The translations under genes were made by a program, and so were the position numbers. DNA of 64,000 nt from Azolla caroliniana (Eukaryota; Plantae; Polypodiophyta): assembly GCA_043228905.1 (NCBI GenBank), contig JBHGNT010000018.1, forward strand, positions 7,440,001 through 7,504,000, in the 5' to 3' direction. The notes under the pieces were generated by a model. It was not told the DNA's origin. It did not search any database and saw only the letters and a list, made by a program, of their open reading frames with translations. This document shows, in pieces, positions 34,057 to 45,227 of this stretch; within the stretch, counting starts at the first letter, position 1; every line of letters starts with the position of its first letter.

Positions 34057-37000
34057 ATGAGGGGATCGGAGCTAGCAGAGGCAATGGTGGTGTCCGTCGA
34101 CTGGCTGGTGAGCGCTCGTGAGGGAACGGGTACCCTCGACAAATCCATTGAATCGATCGTCGGCTCTATAGGCCGTTTCAGAGGGAAAGACGCCACAAGT
34201 TATTTGGAGGCTTACCGAGCCGAAATGATCATGAGGGATATCCCGGTGGACAGGCGGCTGTCTGGATTCCCTCGGGTGGTGACGCCGGGCATCCATGCGG
34301 AGGTGCTCAAGGTGCTGGCCGGATGCCAGACTTGGGAGGAGTTCGAGCTGCAGCTCCTCGAGAAGTACGGGTTTGACGACTCGCTCCGACTGTTGAGGCG
34401 GGACTTCATGGCGTGGGTGGAAAACCCCGGAAAAGGGAGGAACACGCTGGTGCTCCTCTAGGAGTTCAAAAAATGGTTCGCGCGGCTGTCGACGCTAGAC
34501 TGGACGGTGCTCGAAACAAGTCGAGTACTACTGTTTTTCAAGTCGGTGGATGCGTTCGACAGGGAAAAGGTGGGGCCCCTATTGGAAACGGACGAAGGGC
34601 TCACGACGGACTGGGCCGTGGTAAAACGGGTCTGCAGCCATTTCGACAAACGGCGCAATTGGAGCGACGGAAGCTCATCGGGGTCGGGGCCAGTCCCGGT
34701 GAGGAGGCTCGAGGAGCCGGTTTCGGTGCCGGCTGGGAGGAAGGAAGAGACCCGAATCTGGCCGGAGTCGGAGTCGGCATCGAACGACGTGGTCAGAGGC
34801 CCATCCGGAGGAGCGGCTTTGGAGGAGCTAACACAGATGGTGTGCAACCTGCAGATCGCACAGGCCCGAAGAGACAGCGGTGAACAACCTCGCGACCAAA
34901 GGCCGCCGGCTGGGCAGCGGTGCATGTGGTGTGACGCGATCGGTCACATTCGGAAGGACTGCGCAGATTTCGCCGACGCGCTCAGGACCAACGTGGTGTA
35001 CCTCTAGAACGGGCGGGTGCACGCGAGCGAGACCCGAAGAGCCCTGGAGCTAAATACGGGGCGCGGCAGAATGAAGAGGTTGATGGAAGAGGCCGCGGCA
35101 CGGCACGTCGAAGCCGTTAACTACTCAGTGTCGGCGGGAATTCGGGTCGGGGGTGATGAGACCCGGAAGGCGAAGGACTCCGGATTCTGGCCGCTAGTGC
35201 TAGAAGGCCTCTCCGGAGTTCGGCTGAGGAAGGAAGAGGCGGACCGCGCGGAACAGCGGGTCTAGGAGGTCACCGGTTGGGACGATCCGGTGAAAGAGAA
35301 AACGGGCTTCGTAGAAGCCACTTGCCAGAACTAGGAGGTTCTGGTGGAGGACAAACGGGCAGGAAAGGCCGGAGGGGTTGGGCCCCCAAGGTATGAGACC
35401 CGGTTCGGGACGAAACCGACTGGTGCCGGCAACCCAAGCGTGCCAGATGGGAAGAAGCAGGCGGGGTTTCGGTTGAGCACCGAAATCGAGAGAGCAACGG
35501 ACCTACGGAAGGTCCTTGAAGAGCGAATCCTCGACAGTAAAGTGGAGTTGTCGTTGCGGGAGGTGCTGGGAATCGCCAAGAGGGAGTTCCACGACTCTAT
35601 CGTAGACTTGGTGAAGCGGAAGAGGCTCTCGACGGAACCGGAACCGGAGAAGCCGATGGAAGTGCGGACCACGCACCTGGAAGACGGAGCCCTGGAAGAT
35701 GAGCTGGCGGGAAGCCACTACACGAAGCCGCATTGGGCCAGGGCAACTACAGAAACCCCTGTACGGATCGGCAACGTTCTGGAACCGGTGGTGGCGTTGG
35801 TAGACCATGGATCCGAAATCAACCTGATGCCCATGGATTTCTACAAGAAGGGTAAATGGCCGATCAACACCAAGCATGGCTGGAAGATACGGGCAGTGAC
35901 GCGCGCCATGGAAGAACTACATGGGGCCTGTCCAAACGTACGGGTGAAAATCGGCGATGTCGAGATCGACCAGCACTTCTTCGTGCAAGAGACGTCCTCG
36001 CATTCGGTTATACTAGGAGAGCCATACATCACGGCGGCACGGATGGAGACCAAGGTGCTGGACAACGGTTCAGCCTATGCAAGAGTCAAAAGCTAGGACG
36101 GGCGCCACTCGGTCCAGTTCCTAACGGTGAGACCAAACCACGAGCGTAACCGCGAGGCCCTCGGCAGCGAAACCCGAGGGGATTTTTAGAGAGGGCTATC
36201 AAGGCGTGGGGCCGCGATAGTCCGGACTCCCGGGAACAACCCCACAAATGTACAGTACGGAAGAAGACTTGTACCATGGGTAGGAAGTTTTGGTTCTCCG
36301 ACAACGGAGGTTGTACTATAACTGGCGTCGGCGGCCGGGAGAGGAAGCGAGCAGAGGAGCGGCTCAAGGGATGCAGAGTCCTCTTCCCCGACGAAGACAT
36401 CAGTGGCGCCATGGAGGCAGTCTCTTTTGACGACACCTTGGGCGAACTACGAAAGGTGACCGGACCGTTCCGGTAGGATCGATGGGAATGTACGAAGTCA
36501 TCACGGACTTCGGGGAAAGGATCGGGTCGGATCGGACGGCCCGCGTGGATACTAAATACAAGACTGTGGACCGGAAGGTGAGGCCAGTCGAGGCCAGTCG
36601 CGGCACCCTTGCCAGAGGGCAGCGAGGAGCGGATAAAAGGGGTCGCGTCGGACCCAAATTTACGGAATCCGGCTGGCATAGGGCACCGGTTCACCGACAT
36701 AATGCTACGGGAGCTCAAGGCCGGTGGGGGCGGCTTCCTACTGCCAGCGGAGGAGGACCGGTTTCGGAGAATACTCGGAAGGCACGGGAAGGCTTTCGCA
36801 TTCTCACCGGAGGAGATCGGGTGCGTAGACCCGACAGTTGTCGAACCGATGGTGATCTTCACGGTACTGCATGTACTGTGGAATCTCAAGCCGATTCTGG
36901 TGCCATGAGCTCACATCCCGAAGTTGATGGAGCTCCTAAAGCAAAAGGTGGAGATGGGCATCCTCGAACCGTCGAGTGCCCCATATTCGAATCGGTGGTT

Positions 37001-39609
37001 TACGGTGCCGAAGAAGAACGGCATGCTGCGCTTCATCCAGGACCTACAACCGGTCAACAAGGTGACCATCCGTAATGCAGGGATAGGACCGACCATAAAC
37101 GAGTTCACAGAGGCCTTCGCTGGAAGGTCCATCTATTCTGTCGGTGATCTGTACTCGGGGTACGATCAGTTCCAACTAGCCGTGGAGAGCAGAGACATTC
37201 CGACGATGCGGACTCCTCTCGGCCTAGTGCGGATGTGTACCCTGCCACAAGGAGGGACAAACTTAGTGGCTCACATGGTGAAAGCAATGAACAAAGTGCT
37301 CAGGGATTGTATCCCGGACATCACCATGTCGTTCTTAGACGACATCCCGATCAAGGGATGCCCGGTGGAGAAAAGGGACGAGGCAATCGGGCCGAACGGA
37401 TGTCGAATTTTTGTGGCGTCCCACATCGATGACTGCGAGAAGGTGCTGCAGAGACTAGAGCGCACGAGGCTCACCTTCTCCGGGCAAAAGTCAGCCTTCG
37501 GACAGTCGGAAATCTTGGTGGTCGGACACCTGTGCGGGCCTTACGGTAGAAAACCGTCTCCGGCAAAGGTAGAGGCCATCTCCGCGATGAGGAACGTTTG
37601 CCGGTCGGTCACGGAGGTCCGCAAATTCTTGGGGGCATGCGCGTTCTACCACATCTGGATCCCGCACTACACACATGTCACGGAACCCCTCTACGGACTA
37701 TTGAAAAAGGGGCGTAGCTTTGAGTGGAGGACGGAGCACACGGAGTCAGTTTGGAGACTAAAGGAGGCGCTTACGGCAGCGTCGGCTCTCCGTAAAGCGG
37801 TTTACGGCAAGGATGTTCCCATCTGCGTAACAGTGGACACCAGCCCGACTGGGATCGGGTGGGTAATCAGTCAGGAGGACAAGGGCGGCGTACGATTCCC
37901 GATCCGGTTCGGGGCGAAGGTATTGAGCGAGCGACAGCGAGGCTACGCCCAAGTTAAGCGCGAACTTTGGGGTGTCATTTCGGCGGTCAAGGCCGACAAG
38001 GATTATCTGATCGGGATGGAGGTGATTATCGAGACGGACTGCCTGCCGATACTCGGCATGGTTTCCGGATGTGCGACACCGGACCTAGCAATGCTCCGGT
38101 GGATAGCGTACATTAAGTCCCTGAACCCGGAGATACGGCACATCTCCGGAAAGGACAACGCCATGGCCGACATGCTTTCAAGGGCAAGGTTCAACGACGA
38201 AGACGGCATGGTTTCGGAAGACGAAGAGGTCGGCGAGGACTTCTTCGGGTCGGCTAACGTAACGACAAGGAAAGGGAACACTCCGGCGCTTAACGAATTT
38301 GACGAAAGCAGGTACGACGGGGAGTGGCTCCAAATCGGGAGGTTCCTACGGACGATGACGCCGGACGCAGCATGGGCGAGAGAGGAGGCGAGCCGGATAC
38401 GGAGGAAGGCGTACCGATTCTTCCTGCGGGACGGGTGCATATGGAAACACCCAAAGAAGAGAAGCGGCATCCCACTCCGAGTAGTGGCAAAGAAAGAAGA
38501 ACAGGGGGAAACTACTGGCGGCATTCCACGAGAGCCCATGGGCCGGACACCGCGGAACATGGGCCACGTTCGAGAAGCTGAAGGAGAAGTACTGGTGGCC
38601 GGGGCTATACTAGGACGTGCATCAGTTCGTAACAACTTGCGAAAGTTGTCAGGTGCACTCCGTAGTCCGACACCGGGACGAGCTACACCCGGCCTACCCG
38701 CCTACGGTCCATTTCAAGTGGATGGTGGACTTGGTGACGATGTCGATGGGGGTAGGACAGATGCGATACCTGGTGCTTGCACGGGAAGACTTAACGAACC
38801 AGGTGGAAGCCCGTGCACTACAAAGCAAGACAACGGCGACGGTATGCCGGTTCCTGATCGAAGAAGTAGTGTGTCGGTACGGGTGCGTCGGGAGGATCGT
38901 GGTGGACCGGGGAGAGCTGGATGCGCGGGAAGCTAAGGAGTTGTTCGACCGGCTAGGCGTCAAACTCTCCCTCACTACGGCATACAATCCGGAGGCGAAC
39001 GGAAAGGTAGAACGTGGGCACGGGCCTATCGTAAAAGCGTTGGTGCGTGCATGCGGAGGGCAGGTCAGGAATTGGCCGCGCCTCCTTCCTTACGCGCTAT
39101 GGGCGGACCGGACTACGCACAGTTCGGTGACAGGGTTTATGCCGGCGGAGCTAATGTACGGACAAAAGCCGAGCATGCCGGTGGAACGGACGGTTTCTTC
39201 GTGGGCGGCGGTAGATTGGAAGGACGAAATGAGCCGGGAGGAGTTGTTGGCGGCGCGGATTCGGCAACTCGAGCGGAGGCCGGAGGACGTGATACAGGCG
39301 AAGGAAAAGCTGCGAGCGGCAAGGGAGCAGAACAAGACCCGGTTGCGACCAAAGAAGATTGAGGAAGGCGACTGGGTCTTGGTATACGACATCAGCCTCG
39401 ACAATCAGCACAAGGCGGTGCGAAAATTTGCTAGGAGATGGTTCGGGCCCTACATGGTGACGAGCACGAATGGCAACGGCATGTACCACCTTGCGGAACT
39501 CGACGGGACACGGTTAGCGGTGCCGGTGGCCGGAAAGCGGATCAAAGCTTTCCAAAAGAGGTTCGAAGACGAGCCGGAGCCTGCGAGCGGGAGCGACAAC
39601 GACGATTAG
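34057..39609 (+). pseudogene. Gag-protease (34057-36189) and -1-frame RT-RH-INT (36180-39609) of H, with stops/frameshifts
   Basis: CMWCDAIGHIRKDC, LVDHGSEIN, DLYSGYDQ, LPQG, FLDD, VDTSPTGIG, TAYNPEANGKVERGH, WFGPY. Confidence 0.9.
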
Positions 39610-40153
39610 TTCGGGTCCGACGGAGAACCGGAGGGCAACGAGTATGGCTGGGTTTCTTCGATATCTACCCGTCTCTGGCTCATACCGGTGGATGCGCGGT
39701 TTGGTGGGGGTGGATGTTGTCAGGAATAGTACTAAAGCAGAGATGGAATTAGTACTAAGAAGAGTAGTACTATTAGTACTAAGAGGACGGGACTGTGTAA
39801 GATTCCCGAGAGAGAGAAAATGAGAAGAGGAGAGAGAGAGATAGGATGATGACAGCAGCTCTTATATTATATGAAAAATAAGTACAAATCGGCGAAGAGG
39901 CTTAAGACTGGTGTTGAACCAATTTGGTTCAACATAATGCTTAGTGCCTTCTTTTATAGTGTTCTCAGGAATAATCCTGAAGCTTCTAGAATGTTCCAGA
40001 GAAATCTGGAATATACATTACTTTCTTATAATAAAACATAAATGAAAATAATATTCTATGAATTACAATAGATGGTGAGATGGTTAAGAGCTCGACCCAT
40101 ATACCATAAGGTCATGGGTTCGAGTCTTGCCATCTCATGACACTATCTCCCCC

Positions 40154-43100
40154 TTAAAGACGACGAGTGGAACGAGTCGGTGCTGATTGCGGACCGGGTT
40201 TGTCCGGATACTTTCGGTGGAAATCAGCAAGCAAATCCTGAGCATTGGCAACATGCTCGACAAGTTCCCAAGTGCGTTCGCTCGGACTATAACCAACCCA
40301 ATCAACCAAATAATAAAGTTTCTTGCGAAGAAGTTTGGAATCGAGGATGGCAGCAACTTCATACTCCGGGCCGGTGTCCAACTCCAGCGGGGGCGGCGGT
40401 GGTGTAACACGATTGGGAATGGTGTTTGCTTTATAAGGTTCAAGAAGGGAACAATGGAAAACCGGATGTAGCTGAAGCGGCGGAGGGAGATCAAGGCGGA
40501 AGGTGACATCATTAACTTTACCCGTAATAAGGAAAGGACCGAGTCGTCGATAATCCAACTTGTCGCATGGTCGAGTAGTCTTGATGTGACGACGTAAGAG
40601 CCATACTCGATCTCCGATGGCAAAAGAGGAGGGAAGCCGATGACGATCCGCGTAAATCTTCTGTGTCTGTTGAGCATGACGAAGATGAGTCGAGAGATCT
40701 GTCTGGATCTTGCGTAGTCTCTCCAAATGATCCCCGGCACGAGGATTGGTAGGTAGCTCCGGGGTGTCGATCACCGACCAGCGAGGATGAGAACCGGTAT
40801 ACGCGTAGAATGGGGAGACTCGAGTCGAGGAGTGAACAGCATTATTATACGCAAACTCCGCAAAGTGGAGAATCTCGGCCCAATCGTCTTGTTGATAACT
40901 CAGGAAACACCGGAGATATTGCTCCAACGTTTGGTTTGTTCGTTCTGCCTGCCCATCGGTCTGAGGATGGTAGCCGGAGGAGAGGTTGCAAGAGACCTTG
41001 AGCATCTTGAAGAGATGCTGCCAAAATTTGGAGACAAATTGCGGTCCTCAGTCACTAATGATACTGTCTGGGAGGCCATGATGCCGAAATACCTCACGCA
41101 TGACTAGGACGGCGGTTTCCTCGCTAGTGATGGCCTTAGTACATGGAACAAAATGTGCCATCTTCGTATATCGATTGACGACGGTTAAGATAGCATCGAA
41201 CCCCTGCGAGACCGGCAGATCTGTGATAAAATCAAGACAAATAGATTGCCACGGCTTACTTGGAATCAGTAAGGGTTCCAACAAGCCATATGGATGGTGT
41301 CGTGGCATCTTTGCTCGGCAGCAAGCATCACAGGTCCGAACGTAGTCATCGATAAAACGGCGCATGTGGGGCCACCAAAAAGATCGTTGCACTAGCTCCA
41401 ACGTCTTAGTACTACCGAAATGTCCCGCCGTATGGGTGTCGTGACAATGCTGGACGATGTGAAGGCGACAGGAGCAATCGGGGACATATACGCGCTTTTT
41501 AAAGAATAACAAACCATCATGATATTCGAATTGTCGGTAGTCAATACCTGGTTGTTGAGACTGAGAACAGGATGCCCGAGAAGTATCAATGTGCGCCAAG
41601 ATGTTTTGAGCAAAACTATCCGTCTTCAAGTTTGCACGTATGTCGTCGGTAATCCGTGAATCCATCGGGGTGTGAAAAATCCGCGTCGTGTGCAATCGTG
41701 TTGGTCCCAAGATTACTTGCTTTTGATTATCAAATGTTGGATCACCAGGACGAGGTGCAAGATATGAACGCCGTGATAGTGCATCTGCTTTTCCTTGATG
41801 CTTCCCCAGTCGATATGTGATTTTGAAGTCAAAACGCGTGAGGAATTGCGCCCACCGAGCTTGCCGTCGATTTAGTACGCGAGCGTTCTGGAAATAAGCA
41901 AGATTTTTATGATCACTAAAGACAACGACCTGATGTGGAGAGCCCTCTAAGAAATGCCGCCATTGCACAAATGAATCCACAATGGCTAATAACTCCTTGT
42001 CATGTATTTCGTAGTTGATTTCCGCAACATCGAATTTGCGCGAATGGAAAGCCACCGGATGCAACTCTTCTTTATCTCCTTGTTGAGAAAGGATGCTACC
42101 GAGGGCGAAATCTGAAGCATCGGCCTCCATGATGAATGGTTTGCTAGTATCCACATGAGCTAGAATCGGTGCTGATGTAAAGGCTTTCTTAAGATGCCGA
42201 AAAGCCATATCTGCTTCAATGGACCAAAGAAATGCTTGGCCCTTCTTCGTAAGTTGTGTGAGGGGTAAGATAATCTTCGAGTAATCCTGTATAAACTTAC
42301 GGTAGAAGTTAGCAAAACCTAGAAAACATTGTACATCTCGTACCGACCGTGGAATTTGCCACTCTAGTACAGTTTGGACTTTAGCTGGATCCATGGCGAT
42401 GCCCTTTGAGGAGATGACGTAGCCTAGAAATTCCACTTGCTTGCAGTCAAAGCTACATTTTTCTAGCTTGGCATAAAGACCATTCTCGCGGAGTCGCTTT
42501 AGTACTAATAGTACATGAAAATCGTGCTCTTCCTGGGTCTTCGAATAAATCAACAGATCATCCAGATAAATGATCAAACAGATATCTAAGAGGTCTCTGA
42601 ATATATCATTTGCCATGTGTTGGAAGACTGCGGGTGCATTGGTTAGGCCAAACGGCATAACAGTATACTCGAAATGCCCATACCGCGTGCGAAAAGCGGT
42701 CTTCCACTCATCTCCCGGTCGGATCCGCACGAGATTATACGCTCCTCGTAGGTCGATTTTAGTAAAAAACTTGGCACCATTAACTCGCTCTAAAAGACTT
42801 GATATAAGAGGAAGTGCATACCTATTCCGGATGGTGACTTTATTCAATCCGCGGTAATCAACGACAAGACAAAGTGAGCCATCTTTCTTCTTGACAAAGA
42901 AGATGGGTGCACCGGCCGGAGATTTCGAATGACGGATGAACCCGCTTGCCAAGTTCTCCTCTATGTAGGCTCGAAGGACTTCTAACTCCGTGGGTGACAA
43001 GTTGTAAATTGGTCCCCATGGTGGCTCGGTTCCTGGTTGTAAATCGATGGGACAGTCATAGGGACGGTGATGAGGAAGGGTACCGGCTTTTACCTTGTCA

Positions 43101-43735
43101 AATACATCGGCATAAGGATGATATTTTGCCGGAAGTTGTACTGAGGAGTCCTTCTTAATAGTGCTGGAAGGATGTACTGATATGGCAAATAGGAACATTG
43201 CCTCCTTGGGTCCTTCTTCACGTAGTTGATGGAGTGAAATGGTCGAAACTCGGTGAGTTGATTCTTGGGGTGGTCGATATCGGACTTCTCTTGTTCTCCA
43301 ATCTATGGCTGGATTATGTAATTCAAGCCAAGGTAATCCTAGGACAATGGGATGCTCTGGACTACTAATTATATTAAATGATATTATACACACAAAACTA
43401 CCTAGGACAACTTGAATGGGTTCTGATTCTTCTACAATATTCCCGGAAGCAATGGGACGACCATCAATGACCACTACAGATGCGGGACAAGGAAGTTTTC
43501 TTAAGGATATCTGAGAAGCTTGGGCAAAATTTCGATCCATGAAACAGGAATTAGCTCCGGAATCTAAAAGTGCTAGGACGGGTACTGGGGGAGTACTTTT
43601 AGTACTAACAATGACTTGGGCTAGGAACACATTGCTAACTTGCTTGGAAGGAATGGAACCACTAATGGGCTGTACAGATCTAGGGCTGCTGTCCAACCAA
43701 ATGGCTCCTATTTTGGCTGGACTCAATCGTTTAAC
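40154..43735 (-). pseudogene. Pol of chromovirus I (PR-RT-RH-INT-chromodomain), one in-frame TGA at 41048-41050
   Basis: LLDSGA, MPFGLTNAPA, YLDD, ADASD, GHFG..C..C, SD*GPQF (CGA>TGA), YHPQTDGQAERTNQ, chromodomain YEVAAILD..YLVDWVGY..ERTWE. Confidence 0.93.
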
Positions 43736-44880
43736 TCTTCATCTAATTGACTAAGGATTTCAAATTTATTTGAGATACTTGGGCTATTAGTACTATGAAT
43801 ACTATCTGACACTCTATTAGTACTATTAATACTATCAGACACTCCGAAGGGAAGAATTGACTCGGGTTTAGTACAGGCGACGATTTGATTTATCTGTCTT
43901 CTTGGCCTATGGGGACAATTGATGGCGATATGTCCTGGTCCACCGCAATAAAGACATAATCGATTGGCACGTCGTCGTTGCTTTTCTTCTTCCGATAACG
44001 GGCCGAGTCGACGCATGGTATCGATCTCCATCGGTGTCGAAGTATTTGCTTGAGGTATGTCTCGTGCAAATGGTTTAGCCGCGACTGCGGCGTAAGTGGG
44101 CTCTGGTCTAGAGCGTGGTATCTGTAATTGACGTTCTGAACGTCGTTCGAACAGGCGGTTGTCACATCGAACTGCTCGACTGATTGCCTCCGTAAGAGAC
44201 TTTGGTTCTTCGGGGAAAGTGAGAAGTAGATCTTTGACATCGTTTCGCAAGCCATAGCGAAACTGCTCCATTAGTGCTTGATCATCCCAGGGTATATCTG
44301 AAGCAAGTAGGCGGAAATCCGCCGCGTAGGCAGAGGCTGGACGATCGCCTTGACGCAATCGCCGGATCTTGTTGATCGTCGTCCTGATGCTGTCGGTGTC
44401 TCCAAAGCAGGCTTTAAACTCACCAATAAAATCTTCAAAGTTATTAAGCAAGGGGGATTGTCTTTCTAGAAGCGGAGCGAACCATGCCAAGGCTGAGCCG
44501 CTAAGTAGCGTGCCTATTAGGCCGACTCGAGATGCATCAGTGGGATATCGGGAAGGATGCATCTGGATGACTAAGCGTACCTGATTAAGGAATCCCCGGA
44601 ATTGCGAACGCGTTCCATCAAATTTCACAGGAAGTCCAATCTTGGGCTCTTTATGAAATCCTTGGGGACTGGATCCTTGTTGTTGCAACGCTGCTTCGAG
44701 TTGTTGTACCCGTAACACTAACTCCCCATGTTGTTGTTGCGTTTGTTGTTTTTCGAGAGCGATTTGTTGCAGATCCCCTATCAGCCGTTGGTTTTCTTGT
44801 TCCAGGGCCACAAACTTTTCTTTTAGGCACTGTAGCTCGGAGAAAACGGATTGGTATTCTTGGGCGCTAACAGTAGCCAT
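43723..44880 (-). CDS. Gag of chromovirus I (385 aa: coiled coil, capsid, CCHC knuckle)
   Basis: EPKIGLPVKFDGTRSQFRGF, LRQG..ASAYAADF, PMEID, CLYCGGPGHIAINC. Intact ORF. Confidence 0.93.
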   Translation of the reverse strand: MATVSAQEYQSVFSELQCLKEKFVALEQENQRLIGDLQQIALEKQQTQQQHGELVLRVQQLEAALQQQGSSPQGFHKEPKIGLPVKFDGTRSQFRGFLNQVRLVIQMHPSRYPTDASRVGLIGTLLSGSALAWFAPLLERQSPLLNNFEDFIGEFKACFGDTDSIRTTINKIRRLRQGDRPASAYAADFRLLASDIPWDDQALMEQFRYGLRNDVKDLLLTFPEEPKSLTEAISRAVRCDNRLFERRSERQLQIPRSRPEPTYAAVAAKPFARDIPQANTSTPMEIDTMRRLGPLSEEEKQRRRANRLCLYCGGPGHIAINCPHRPRRQINQIVACTKPESILPFGVSDSINSTNRVSDSIHSTNSPSISNKFEILSQLDEELND

Positions 44881-45207
44881 AGTATAGGGAAAAGGGTAGG
44901 AGGATGAGGGAGAGTGACAAGTAGGCTAGAGGAAAATTGGTTCAAACTGTCAGGAATAGTACTAAAGCAGAGATGGAATTAGTACTAAGAAGAGTAGTAC
45001 TATTAGTACTAAGAGGACGGGACTGCGTAAGATTCCCGAGAGAGAGAAAATGAGAAGAGGAGAGAGAGAGATAGGATGATGACAGCAGCTCTTATATTAT
45101 ATGAAAAATAAGTACAAATCGGCTAAGAGGCTTAAGACTGGTGTTGAACCAATTTGGTTCAACATAATGCTTAGTGCCTTCTTTTATAGTGTTCTCAGGA
45201 ATAATCC

Positions 45208-45227
45208 TGAAGCTTCTAGAATGTTCC
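45208..45227. promoter_or_regulatory. Heat-shock element in U3 of the I LTR (copy at 39978-39997)
   Basis: tGAAg-cTTCt-aGAAt-gTTCc, four alternating nGAAn pentamers about 20 bp upstream of the minus-strand TATAAAA (45182-45188). Confidence 0.7.

Noticed and set aside
40068-40138. Bona fide tRNA gene
   Set aside because: Anticodon and T stems are imperfect and it lies within an LTR. Kept only as a tRNA-like module.
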